Made by a program: the position numbers and the translations under genes
In this document: positions 1-11,231 of the stretch, in pieces
Layout of the letters: each line of letters starts with the position of its first letter
How positions within the stretch are numbered: position 1 is the stretch's first letter
Notes under the pieces: model-generated
What the model was told of the DNA's origin: nothing
Seen by the model: only the letters and a program-made list of their open reading frames with translations
Databases searched by the model: none
NCBI RefSeq assembly: GCF_030144855.1
Contig: NC_082720.1
Coordinates: forward strand, 57,598,001-57,662,000
Origin: Hypanus sabinus
Taxonomy: Eukaryota
DNA: 64,000 nucleotides
Direction of reading: 5' to 3'

Positions 1-41
1 ATTGTCTCGGATCGAAACTATAGGAATGATTTCTCTTGGAA

Positions 42-2480
42 ATGAGAGATAATATAAACTGGCTAGTGAAATATCAAATATTTTACTGTTTGATCACCTC
101 TTGGGATTTTGTTTATGGCCAGATTCGTTATTCTGTACCCGAGGAATTGCAACTGGGTGCCTTTGTTGGGAATATCGCAATTGATTTGGGGCTTGATTTA
201 AAGCAGCTGTCGGCACGTAAATTGCGGGTGGCGCCCAGTCCGAGGAAGCGGTATGTTGACGTCAATTTGGAGAATGGAGTTTTATTTGTGAATGAAAGAA
301 TCGACAGGGAACAGCTTTGCGGACCGAGCCCTCAATGCGTTTTGTCTTTCAACGTTGTGCTTGAAAATCCCCTCGGTCTGCACCAGGTGGAAGTGGAGGT
401 TCTTGATGTAAATGACAACTCTCCCAATTTCCCGAAAAACCAGATCCGGCTGGAAATCTCAGAGAGCAGGGCACCGGGAGCGCGATTCCCCCTTGAAGCT
501 GCGCACGATCCGGACATTGGGACTAATTCCTTGCAGACATATCAGCTCCTTCACAATGAATATTTCACTGTTGATGTACAAGTGCATGATGGCATAGGGA
601 AGTTCCCAGTATTGGTGTTGCAAAGGGCTTTGGATAGGGAAACGTTATCGACCCATAGGTTAACGCTACTTGCAGAAGACGGCGGAGTCCCGGAGAAGTC
701 GGGCACGGTCCAGGTAACAGTCACAGTGAATGATGCGAATGACAACCCTCCTGTTTTCTCACAGTCGGTTTATAAGGTCAATCTGCTAGAATCAGCTCCC
801 ATAGGAACTCTGATTATTATCATAAACGCCACTGATTTGGACGATGGTCCGAATGGAGAGATAACGTACGCCCTCAGCAGCCACAATTCAGCTGCAGTTC
901 ATGAATTAGTCGCTGTAAATTCCAAAACTGGTGAAATCAGACTGAAAAGGCAATTGGATTATGAACAAAGCAAAACATTTATTATTAATCTTGAAGCAGT
1001 CGATAACGGCCCTTACCCAATGCCCCAGCACTGTGATGTCTTGGTGGATGTTATTGATGTAAATGACCACGCTCCCGAACTGTCGGTGACGTCCATCACC
1101 AATTCCGTGACAGAAAATGCTCCAGTGGGAACTGTTATCGCCCTTCTCAGTGCGGAAGATAACGATTCTGGGCAAAATGGGCATGTAGAATGTAGAATTC
1201 CGAATAATGTTCCGTTTAAGTTAGATTCCCCTGTGAACAACAATTGGAAACTGTTTGTACAGCACGTGCTGGATCGCGAGACTACCTCCAGGTATGACAT
1301 TACTGTGACCTGTACGGATGCAGGGACGCCTCCCCTCACATCCAAGGAAACGTTTCAGGTGGAAGTTTCAGATGTAAATGATAATGCGCCCAGTTTTACG
1401 CAGTCTGTATACACGGCAAATGTTATGGAGAACAACGTTATTGGGGGATCCATATTTTCCCTGACAGCTTTTGACCCAGACAGAGGACCGAATGCTCGTC
1501 TGAAATATACTATCCTGAATTCATCGCTAGCTTCTTATGTCTCCATCAACTCGAAGAGTGGTGTCATTTATGCTCAGAGATCGTACGACTACGAGATACT
1601 GAAAATTTTCCGGATATACGTTCGGGTGCAGGATTCAGGAGTCCCGCCCCTCACTAGTAATGTTACAATTGATGTTGTTATCCTTGATCAGAACGATAAT
1701 GCCCCGGTGATCGTGCATCCTCTGCCCGAGTATGGGTCAACAGTAATGGAGACAATAAGCAGATCTGCTGAACCTGGATATCTCGTTGCCAAGGTCTCAG
1801 CTACTGACGCCGATACTGGTCAGAATGCTCGTCTGTCTTACCACATTTTTCAGGATACCCATCCCGATCTCTTCACTATTTCAGCAGACACCGGTGAAGT
1901 TTGGACTATCCGTGATATTCAAAACAAAGACGCTTCAAAACAAAGGCTGGTGATTGTTGTGAACGATAATGGAACGCCCTCACTGTCAGCCACAGTAACC
2001 ATAGTAATATCTGTGACAGGTAGTGAAACGATATCCAGCGCCACAGGTCTAAGTGAAGATCGTGAGCTCTCTCCTAAACTGAACTTTTACTTAGTCATAG
2101 CGTTAGGGTCCACATCTTTAATTTTCCTCGTAATTTTAATTACTCTTGCTATTAAAGTTCATAATAACAGAAACGGAATGGAATGCCAGTACAATATTTG
2201 TTGCTGTATGGAAACAAGCAACTTTCTAAATGGAACTCAGAAAGCCAGTAGAAGCCTTCAGATTCCACCGAACTATGTTGAGGTATTTGGAGGTGATCCA
2301 CTTTCTCAGAGTTTCCGTTACGAGTCGTGTTCGACTTTGCAGTCTGTCAAAAGGAACTTCACGGCCCCCCACAAGCATGGACAATCTGCAGGTATTACCT
2401 TCGCACAGCAGGAACCTCTTGAGAAGGGAAGTGCAGGAATGGTAAAGCCTAAAATCTACAGCTGCCATACAAATAACGAG
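42..2480 (+). CDS. Clustered protocadherin variable exon 1 (signal peptide, EC1-6, TM, variable cytoplasmic domain)
   Basis: ORF 36..2489; ATG at 42; QIRYSVPEE N-terminus, DREQLC, repeated DxNDNxP/LDRE/DYE cadherin motifs, TM segment; phase-0 donor GAG|GTGAGT at 2480/2481; read-through stop at 2489. Promoter lies upstream of the window. Confidence 0.95.
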
Positions 2481-4139
2481 GTGAGTTAATTCGCAAAAGA
2501 AAAGAAAGCGTTTTGTAAATTTGAGGGCTTATAATAAATGGGTCGAAATTATTATCTATATCAAAATGTTCCTTTGCATACGAATTACGATTCTCATGCC
2601 TACCTGTAATATATTCATTTTTATTCTATGTTTTCATGATTTTGTAAGATTATGCGTATTTTCAATGCGTTGCTACACCAGTTGCTAGAATTTCTCGTGA
2701 TCCTCTTACGACTTTCTTTCCAATTGTATTTTATCGCGTTGCTCGTTGAGGGAGATGTGGTGTTAATCGGGTCTATATTTGCCACACGTTTTACTTTAAC
2801 CTTGTTGAATTGAACTGAGCAACCAGTTGAACGTGTTTGCTATGAACACTTCATTTGAAAGCAGCTGTGCTCCACAAATTTCTATGATCATCTTTTAGTT
2901 GAAAGCCTGAAGGGATAATAAAAGCATTTGTTGCTGAAAAACGAAAACAAAAATGAACGCTGTATGCTGAAGATAACCAAAAAATAAGTAAGTAGAGCGA
3001 GAACCAAGGGTTCAAGTTCACAGTCGATAGTCTTATATCGGACGTTATGTAAGGTGAACAGGATGGGAAATTATATTTGCATTTTCTCCATTAGTGATGC
3101 TAGATATATTGAGCATTTCGATACACTTTATTTTCTTACTTCATTTCGAATTATCTAAGGCATATTATGAATTGCTTTCAATCTAGAGCTTCTTTATGCA
3201 TATTATGCAACTCTGACTGTATTGTGGCAGACGTCTATACATTCTGTGGGTAAACATTCCAACGAGGTTCTTGTTAACTCCTTTTCAGCAATGGGAAGTT
3301 TACAGATAGGTCCCAAAGCCCATAGGAAAAAGTAGGTTTGCCTCTTGTAACAGCCAAATTAAGTATGCAGCTAGTTCACAATGTTCTGATAGATTGGATA
3401 TATTGTGAGGTGCAACATGGAATTTTGTCATACATTTACTTCTCCCGATCAGCTTCATTTCTTCGTTGATCAGGCCTAGGAGAGAATTTGGAGAAATGTC
3501 ATTGGATTATTCCATTGAGTTCTAAGATGGAAGAAATAAACCTACACTGCATTTTAAGTAACGCAAATCAGGATGAAATTTTTCATCTGAATGGTATTGT
3601 GTATTCCGGATGTTCTGTTATATATCCAGGGATTTGGAAAATATTCCAGCAAAATACTGATCTGCAGCTTCCAACTGGAAGTTCCTAAATGCCAACATTC
3701 TTTGTCCTATCAAAACTATAGTATTTATGTTGTTAACTCGGTAGTTTGCAATACATAGTGAAACCCATAGTAATAGTTTGCGAATTCAGTGACGGCAGTG
3801 GGATTTAATTCGAGGAGACTGTTTGTAATATCTGTTGCTGGAGGTAGTCAATACCTTGTATTTCTATGATATATAAGTATTTCTTCAGTCAAAAGTAAAA
3901 ATAAAGCATCATGGTATATGCATTTTTCTTTGTAGGTACTGGACTGCTCGCTTATCTAAGGAATGTTGCATATAAATTAAACTCGTTGTCATTAGTATAT
4001 TTTCTAATTATATTGTGTTGACATTTTAGAAAGTCTTCATGTTGGCAGACTCCAAGAAATTGCTTTGGAGTTATTTTCGTTTGGTGATTAGCATTCATCA
4101 ACTGTCAAATTTACCTTTCAATGTATCGTGGCAATGGGT

Positions 4140-4268
4140 CATCATCATCATCAAGCAGGTGCCATGCCCAGTTTGAGCTTTGACTGCCATGGCCCACAAA
4201 CTCTTGCTTCGGGTCAAGTGGATCAATTCATTGGTATTCATTTCCAGTTCTCTGGCTGCTGTCTCCAT
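4140..4268 (-). mobile_element. LINE 3' end fragment (RTE-like) with (ATG)n tail
   Basis: (ATC)4 microsatellite followed by sequence not shared with the paralogous spacer; family assigned by resemblance only. Confidence 0.35.
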
Positions 4269-4595
4269 TGGGTATCATAATCAAAATCAGTGTTTCTCCA
4301 CGTTGCCCTTGAAGATATGGTGGGGAGACACCTTCATGAATCAGTGCGACACTTCTGTTGATAGATCTCCCTTACGTTTATTACATAAAACTTCCTAAAA
4401 TTTAGATCCAGGATCAAGTGAAGGAATTGTGATATATGGTTTATGATAAGTTAAGCGTGTACCAGGAATTAAACTGGAGAGCTTTAAAGGAGCTGGGCTA
4501 ATACTGTTTTTCGCCTCAGTAGACTAGAATTCTAAAATTAAGTCCCAATTCACTTCTTTAGTAATAGCAATAGTAATAGTAGATGCAGGAAAGGC

Positions 4596-4745
4596 AAGCA
4601 ACACACATAAAATCCTGGAGGAACACGGCAGGCCAAGCAGCATCTGTGGAAAAGTTTATGGTCGACGTTTCGGGCCAAGACCCTTAATCAAGGCAGTTGA
4701 TGAATGGTCCTGATAAAGGGTCTCGGCCCAAAGCATCGATTAGAT
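4596..4745. repeat. Penelope-like element terminal remnant with a 32-bp inverted repeat (degenerate hammerhead-like cores)
   Basis: Arms 4661-4692 and 4709-4740 match at 25/32; reconstructed ancestor CCTGATGAAGGGTCTCGGCCCGAAACGTCGAC; preceded by CTGGAGGAAC...GGCCAAGCAGCATCTGTGGA typical of this repeat. Confidence 0.6.
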
Positions 4746-5304
4746 CTTATTTGACAGAGATTGAATTCTAGTCATGGTGGCACTCTGGTTTATATTTTAC
4801 TTAAAGGTAAATCATTAGCTACTTACGTAGGAAAAAATCACGGAGAATCTTTGCATGATAGCACGTAAATTAAGAAAAGCTATCGGTAAAATCTGATTTC
4901 ATATATTTCTCGAGGACAGAAATATTTTTCCTTATACAAATGAAAATATTACTGTGTTGGCATATTTGTTTTAAACTGATGTTTATTCATCTTGATAAAG
5001 CAGATCTGTATTTGTTTTTGCTTTGGATTTTGTACAAAGGATGGAGTGACAGGGTGTTACGTGAGAATTAATTAACAGCTGGAATCGACTATCAGATCAA
5101 GATTTTAAAATTCACATAGATCCTATATGTAATGTGAGGATCAGCAAGAAGAGATACTCGGTTGAATTTGATCATTATTCTCCAGGGTTTATCTCGTGTA
5201 TGATATTTAAGATCTTCACTGCATCATAGTTTCTGAAACTAAGATTCGGGAACAAAATTTCTGCAGAAATCAGAATCATCTTGATTTATAAATTAAATTT
5301 CTAT

Positions 5305-5486
5305 TGTGCACCATTAAATGTATGCCCCAAATTAAACACTTCTTGCTTTAAGGAATGAGCTGAATTCTAATTGGTCAGATATGAATGCTATATTACCCAC
5401 CAATCAGAAGCTGAGTTGTGACTGGTGATCCGCACAGCCCCCTTCAATACACAGCCGCCATCGCTTAAGATCAGTCGCCGTGAAAA
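5305..5486 (+). promoter_or_regulatory. Conserved promoter cassette of gene 2
   Basis: TGTGCA 5305, TAAAT 5315, GCTTTAAG 5345, ATTGG 5370, CCAAT 5400, CTGGTGATCC 5422, then CCGCCAT..GATCAG..GTGAAAA. Confidence 0.85.
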
Positions 5487-5683
5487 CTGCCTTGCCAGCA
5501 GCACTGGAGGATTGGAACTCGGTTCTTTTCAAATTGGAACAATATAAGAACATTTCTAAGCTAACAGCAGAGGATATATCAAAAAGGTACGGATATTTTC
5601 TACGTCGCAGTTTCCCATTTAAATAAATCGCAGTTTCAGGGCATTGTCTCGGCTGGAAACCATTGGAATGATTTCTCCTGGAA

Positions 5684-8113
5684 ATGAGAGACAATATATA
5701 CTGGCTGCTGAAATACCAACTGTTTTTCTGCCTGTTCACCTGTTGGGATTTTGTTAGTGGCCAGATTCGATATTCTGTACCCGAGGAATTGCAACTGGGT
5801 GCCTTAGTTGGAAATATCGCAATCGATTTGGGGTTAAATTTAAAGCAGCTGACTGCTCGCAGTTTGCGGGTGGCGCCTAGTCCGATGAAGCGGTATGTTG
5901 ACGTTAATTTGGAGAATGGAATTCTATTTGTGAATGAAAGAATCGACAGGGAACAACTTTGCGGGCCGAACACCGAATGCTTTTTATCATTCGATGTTGT
6001 GCTTGAGAATCCCCTCGGTCTGCATCTGGTGGAAGTGGAGATTCTTGATATAAATGACAACTCTCCCAGTTTCCCTAAAAACCAGATCCGCTTGGAAATT
6101 TCAGAGATTATGGCACCGGGAGCGCGATTCCCCCTCGAGGCCGCGCACGATCCGGATATTGGAACTAATTCCGTAGAGGCATATCAGCTCCTTCCCAATG
6201 ATTATTTCTTTCTTGATTTACAAGTACACGGTGGTATAGGGAAGTTCCCAGTATTGGTGTTGCTAAGGGCATTGGACAGAGAAACGATATCGACCCATCA
6301 GTTAGTTCTAATTGCCGAAGACGGCGGAGATCCTGTGAGATCGAGCAGAGTCCAGGTAAAAATTACAGTGACGGATGCGAACGACAACTCTCCTGTTTTC
6401 TCGCAGTCGATTTATAAGGCCAAAATGTTAGAGTCGGTTCCCATAGGAACTCTAATTATTATGTTAAACGCCACAGATGTAGACGATGGCACGAATGGAG
6501 AGATAACGTACGCCCTTGGCAGCTATAATTCAGCTGACGTTCGCGAATTAGCTGCCGTGAATTCCAAAACTGGTGAAATCAGACTGAAAGAGCACTTGGA
6601 CTATGAACAAAGAAAAAGTTTTGTAATTAATATTCAAGCAGTTGATAATGGACATCCCGCAATGTCTGATCACTGTGATGTCCTGGTGGAGGTTATCGAT
6701 GTGAACGACAACGCTCCTGAATTGACGGTGACGTCGATCTCAAATGACGTGCCAGAAAACGCTACAGTGGGAACTACTATCGCACTGCTCCGTGCAGAGG
6801 ATAAGGATTCTGGGGAAAATGGACAAGTACAATGTCGAATTCCGAATGAGCTTCCCTTTAAGATGAATTCCTATATAAGTAACAATTGGAAATTGTTCGT
6901 AGACCATGCGCTGGATCGTGAAACTACCTCCAGATATGATATTACTGTGACTTGCACAGATGCAGGGGCCCCCTCTCTTACATCGAAGGAAACGATCCGT
7001 GTGGAAATTTCAGATGTAAATGATAATGCACCAAGATTTACGCAGTCTGTATACACGATAAATATAATGGAAAACAACATTATTGGAGATTCGATATTCT
7101 CCCTGACGGCTTTCGATCCAGACTCGGGGCAGAATTCCCTGTTGAAATTTACTATCCTGAATTCAGCTGGAGCTTTATATGTCTCCATCAACTCACAGAC
7201 TGGTGTTATCTTTGCTCAGAGATCTTTTGACTATGAGAAACTGAAAAGCTTCCAGATCCAAGTTCAGGTGCAGGACTCTGGAGTCCCAGCCCTCACCAGT
7301 AACGTTACAATTGATGTTGTTATCCTTGATCAGAACGATAATACCCCAGTGATCGTGCATCCTTTACCCGAGTATGGGTCAACTGTAATGGAGACAATGA
7401 GTAGGTTTGCTGAACCTGGATACCTCGTTGTCAAGGTCTCGGCTACTGACGCCGACGCTGGTCAGAATGCCCGTCTGTCTTACCACATTTTTCAGGCTAC
7501 CAATCGTGACCTGTTTACTATTTCAACAGACACAGGTGAAGTTTGGACTGTCCGGACTATTGAGAGCAAGGATGCTTCTAAACAAAGACTAATGATTGTC
7601 GTAAAAGATAACGGAACGCCCTCACTTTCAGCCGCAGTAACCATCTTAATATCCGTGACAGGAAGTGAAACGGTCTCCAGTGCCACCAGTTTAAGTAAAA
7701 ATCGCCAGTTCTCCCCTGACCTGAACTTTTATCTAGTTATAGCATTAGGAACGACATCTATAATTTTCCTTATAATTTTAATTATCCTTGCTATGAAAGT
7801 TTATAACAGAACTGGAATGGGATGCCAAAACAATATCGGTTGCTGTCTGGATACAAGAAACTTTCTTAATGGGACTCAGAAGGCCAGTAGAAGCCTTCAG
7901 ATACCACCGAACTATGTCGAGGTATTCGGAGGTGATCCACTTTCTCAGAGTTTCCGTTACGAGTCTTGTTCAACATTGCAGTCCATGAAGAGAGACTTCA
8001 CAGCTCCTCGTGGACCATCTACATCTATTCCCTACACCCACAAGAAACCCACTGGGAAAGAAAGCCCTGGGATGTTATATACTGAAGTCTACAGTTGCAA
8101 TACAAATAATGAG
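5684..8113 (+). CDS. Clustered protocadherin variable exon 2
   Basis: ORF 5684..8152; 6 EC + TM + cytoplasmic domain; donor GAG|GTGAGC at 8113/8114, phase 0. Confidence 0.95.
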
Positions 8114-9289
8114 GTGAGCTACTTCGCAAAAAAAAAAAAAATCCTTTTTTGAATTTGGGGCAATACGTTTAATGGTACGACGTTATTGCTTAGATCAATT
8201 TTTGTGCAGACTAATTTTAATCCAAATGCCTAATTTCCGTGTATTCTTTTTAATTGAATTGAACTTTGTAGGATTGTAAGTAATTCTTGACATTTTAACT
8301 ACCCTGATAAAAAGCTGCGAACAGGCAGTTGAACATCCTTGTTGTGAGTACTTCTGTTGAAAGCAAATGTTCTTCCCAGATGTCTTATGTCACTATATTT
8401 TAAAAGCCGGACGGGATCAGTAATGGGGACATGTAGATGTTGCAAAGCGGATATCACAAAAAATACTTATATACTGAAATTACAGCGTCATCTGTGCAGC
8501 TAGATTCAAGAGTGCACCTTTCTAATCCCTAAACTCAAAATGGAAATCAATGTAAGTTGATAAGTGTGTAAATGTATATATGCTTTCCCTCAGTTGGTGC
8601 TGCTTGACGAGATGGATAATTCAATGCACTTTGGGTTCTAATTTAGTCTCTAAATTATCCACTGTTTGGAAGCCTAGAGTTTCGTATTGGCCATTATGAA
8701 ACTCTCTATGTTGTTGGAGGTACTTGTCTAATCTAAGGAACGTGTTCTAACAGGATTCTGATTACCTTCTTCTTGTTGGTGAAAGTCTGTAGAAATCTCC
8801 CAAAACACATAAAAACCAAGTATACGGTCTCTCGTCACAGTCAATTTATGTATTTACCTAATTCAAATGCTTCTAATGCATAAAAAGGGATATCTTCATA
8901 GGGCATGGGATTTCGAGGCAATTACTTCCTTTTGCTCTTACAGTTCATTATTGGCTAGGTCAGGAGAGAATTTGGAGAATTATCACTGGGTTGTTCCACC
9001 GAATTCCACATGGAATGAATGAATATTTAAATTATTTTATATACTGCTAACCAGGATGAAATGTGTTGAATGTTCTGGGTTATGTTATAGTTGTATATTC
9101 CGGTAGTTGTAAAATATGCAATACTGATTTGTGGCTTCCATGTGGCAGCAGACTAGAAAAAAAGCCAGCTTCTGCTGTCCTTTCATAACAAAAGCACTTA
9201 TACTGCTAAATCAATATTTTTGATTAAAAAATATTTTTGAAGCACGTATTTTAAAACAATTGTGAAATGCGTGTGCTCGCGTGTAAAGC

Positions 9290-9748
9290 TGCCCCAACCA
9301 CTGAGCATATCTACATGAAGTGTTGCCATTGAAAAGCAGCATCAATCATCAAAGATCCTCGCCACGCAGGCCATGCTCTTTCATCGCTGCTGCTATCAGG
9401 TAGAAGATACAAGTGCCTCAGGACTCGCATTACTAGGTTACTACCCTTCCACCATCAGGCTTTTGAACAAAAAGTGATAACTACACTCATTCTATTTTTG
9501 GAGATCCCACAACCAATGCTCTCACTTTAAGGACTCTTTATCTTATTATTTTATGCTGTCTCATTTCATGTTATGTCATACTCGGAGTTTGTGCACCTTA
9601 TTTATATTTGCATTTACAAAGTTATTCTTCATTGACCTTAACTGTTGTTCTTAGCTCAGCTAAATATACCTGCAGGAAGAAGTATCTCAGGGTTGTATGT
9701 GGTGACATGCATGTATTCTGATATTAAATTTTACTTTGCACTTTGAAT
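9290..9748 (+). mobile_element. Rex1/Babar-like LINE 3' fragment
   Basis: Degenerate C-terminal ORF2 sequence (IIKDPRHAGHALSSLLLSGRRYKCLRTR) and 3' tail ending TAAATTTTACTTTGCACTTTGAA, similar to the tails at 18835-18955 and 27137. Confidence 0.65.
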
Positions 9749-10843
9749 AGGATGTGAATTCGAGGAGAAGGTGTTGCGGAGGGTGGACAATACCTAACAA
9801 TTCTGTTATATAGGAATGCTTCCAAAGTTAAAAGGCAAAGCAACAATATTGTGTGGAGCTTGGTCCATGTAGGCATGAACTGCTTACTTATCAAAGGAAG
9901 TCTGAATATAAAGTAACATCGTATGGTCAACAGCAAACTTCCCCACTCCTAGTACTTTGCTACTGCATAGCTTGGGAACTGTCCGAGATGTAAGCATCCT
10001 TATAAAATCCTAAGGAACTACTGTAGAGGTGCTCTGCTTTGCAGGATAGCAATCATGAACGATCAAATTATGATTCTTTGTGTATTTATGTGGGTGTCAC
10101 TGGTAAGGCCAGCGTTACCCAACACGCTTGGAAAAGTGATGAAAAGACACCAAGATGAAGCAATGTGGCTGATTGATCTCCCACAAAGTTACTGCATATG
10201 AAGTTCCAACTTTTAGGTTTACTATCAGTGAAACAATAGTGAAATATGAATCCTGGACAAAGTTGAACGTATAGCTGAAATGAAACCAGAAAGTGTTAAA
10301 AGTACTCCAAATTATATTCATTTTCCAGTCACTAGCGTAATATTCTACAAGTTAATATTACATTAGAATAGCTGTAGATCTCGACTAACATCAGGACAGC
10401 AGGGAGATTTAATGGCAGAGATTATTGCACTCTGGACTGTATTTTCAACACAGTTGATCACGTTAGCTGTTGTTTCAGGAATAAACCATAGAAAGATTTT
10501 ACATGCTGGTCTTTAAATTATGAAAAATTATGGATAACATCTAAGTTATTCAGTTATTTATCTTGGACACAGGGGATCGAAACATATTTCCCTTTAAAGA
10601 AACGTAATAGCATAACCTCATTCTTTTAAATATGATGGAGCAAATATACTCGGAATCTGAATGCTTATAATAATTATAATCAGCAAGACGAGCTAGTTTA
10701 CCCAGTTTTATTGCGATCCTGAAGGCTTTCTCTCGCAATAAATCTTTAAAATATTCAGTGTATCATTGTTCCTGAACCTACAAATCTGAAGATAAATTTT
10801 CACAAATACCTGAAATATAAATAATGCTGATTTTTATTTCAGT

Positions 10844-11034
10844 TGTGCAGTGATAAATACGTTAGAGTTCTTGCGCCAAATTTAGCACTTCTTGCTTTAA
10901 GAAATTAGCTGAATTTCAATTGGTCAGATATAAATGTTGTTGACTCCACCAATCAGAAGCCGAAATTTGACTGGTGATCCGACAGCCCCCTTCAATACGC
11001 AGACGCCATTGCTTAAGACCAGAAGCCGTGAAAA
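10844..11034 (+). promoter_or_regulatory. Conserved promoter cassette of gene 3
   Basis: TGTGCA 10844, GCTTTAAG 10894, ATTGG 10919, CCAAT 10949, CTGGTGATCC 10971. Confidence 0.85.
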
Positions 11035-11231
11035 CCGGATTGCAGGCAGCATCGGAGGATTTATACACGGTCGGTTTCCAATTGGAAGCAACGTGAAAAC
11101 ATTTCAATGAACACAACAGATTGCAAAAAAAGGTACATATATTTTCTGAATCGCATTTGTCTATTTTAAAACACTACGTTGTTAAACAGCATTGCGTCGT
11201 ATCGAGACCGTTGGAATGATTTCCCCTGGAA

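Noticed and set aside
5431-5450. Reverse-strand AGGGGGCTG as a CTCF site
   Set aside because: Only the 3' half of the motif matches and it is absent from several promoters; more like a GC/Sp-KLF tract. Needs a matrix scan.
5404-6060. 218-aa antisense ORF over the gene 2 promoter and EC1, and many recurrent antisense ORFs (e.g. 332, 11318, 19662, 31041, 59516)
   Set aside because: Shadow ORFs of cadherin codon usage in paralogous exons; starts and lengths vary and no domain is recognisable. They are not evidence of antisense genes.
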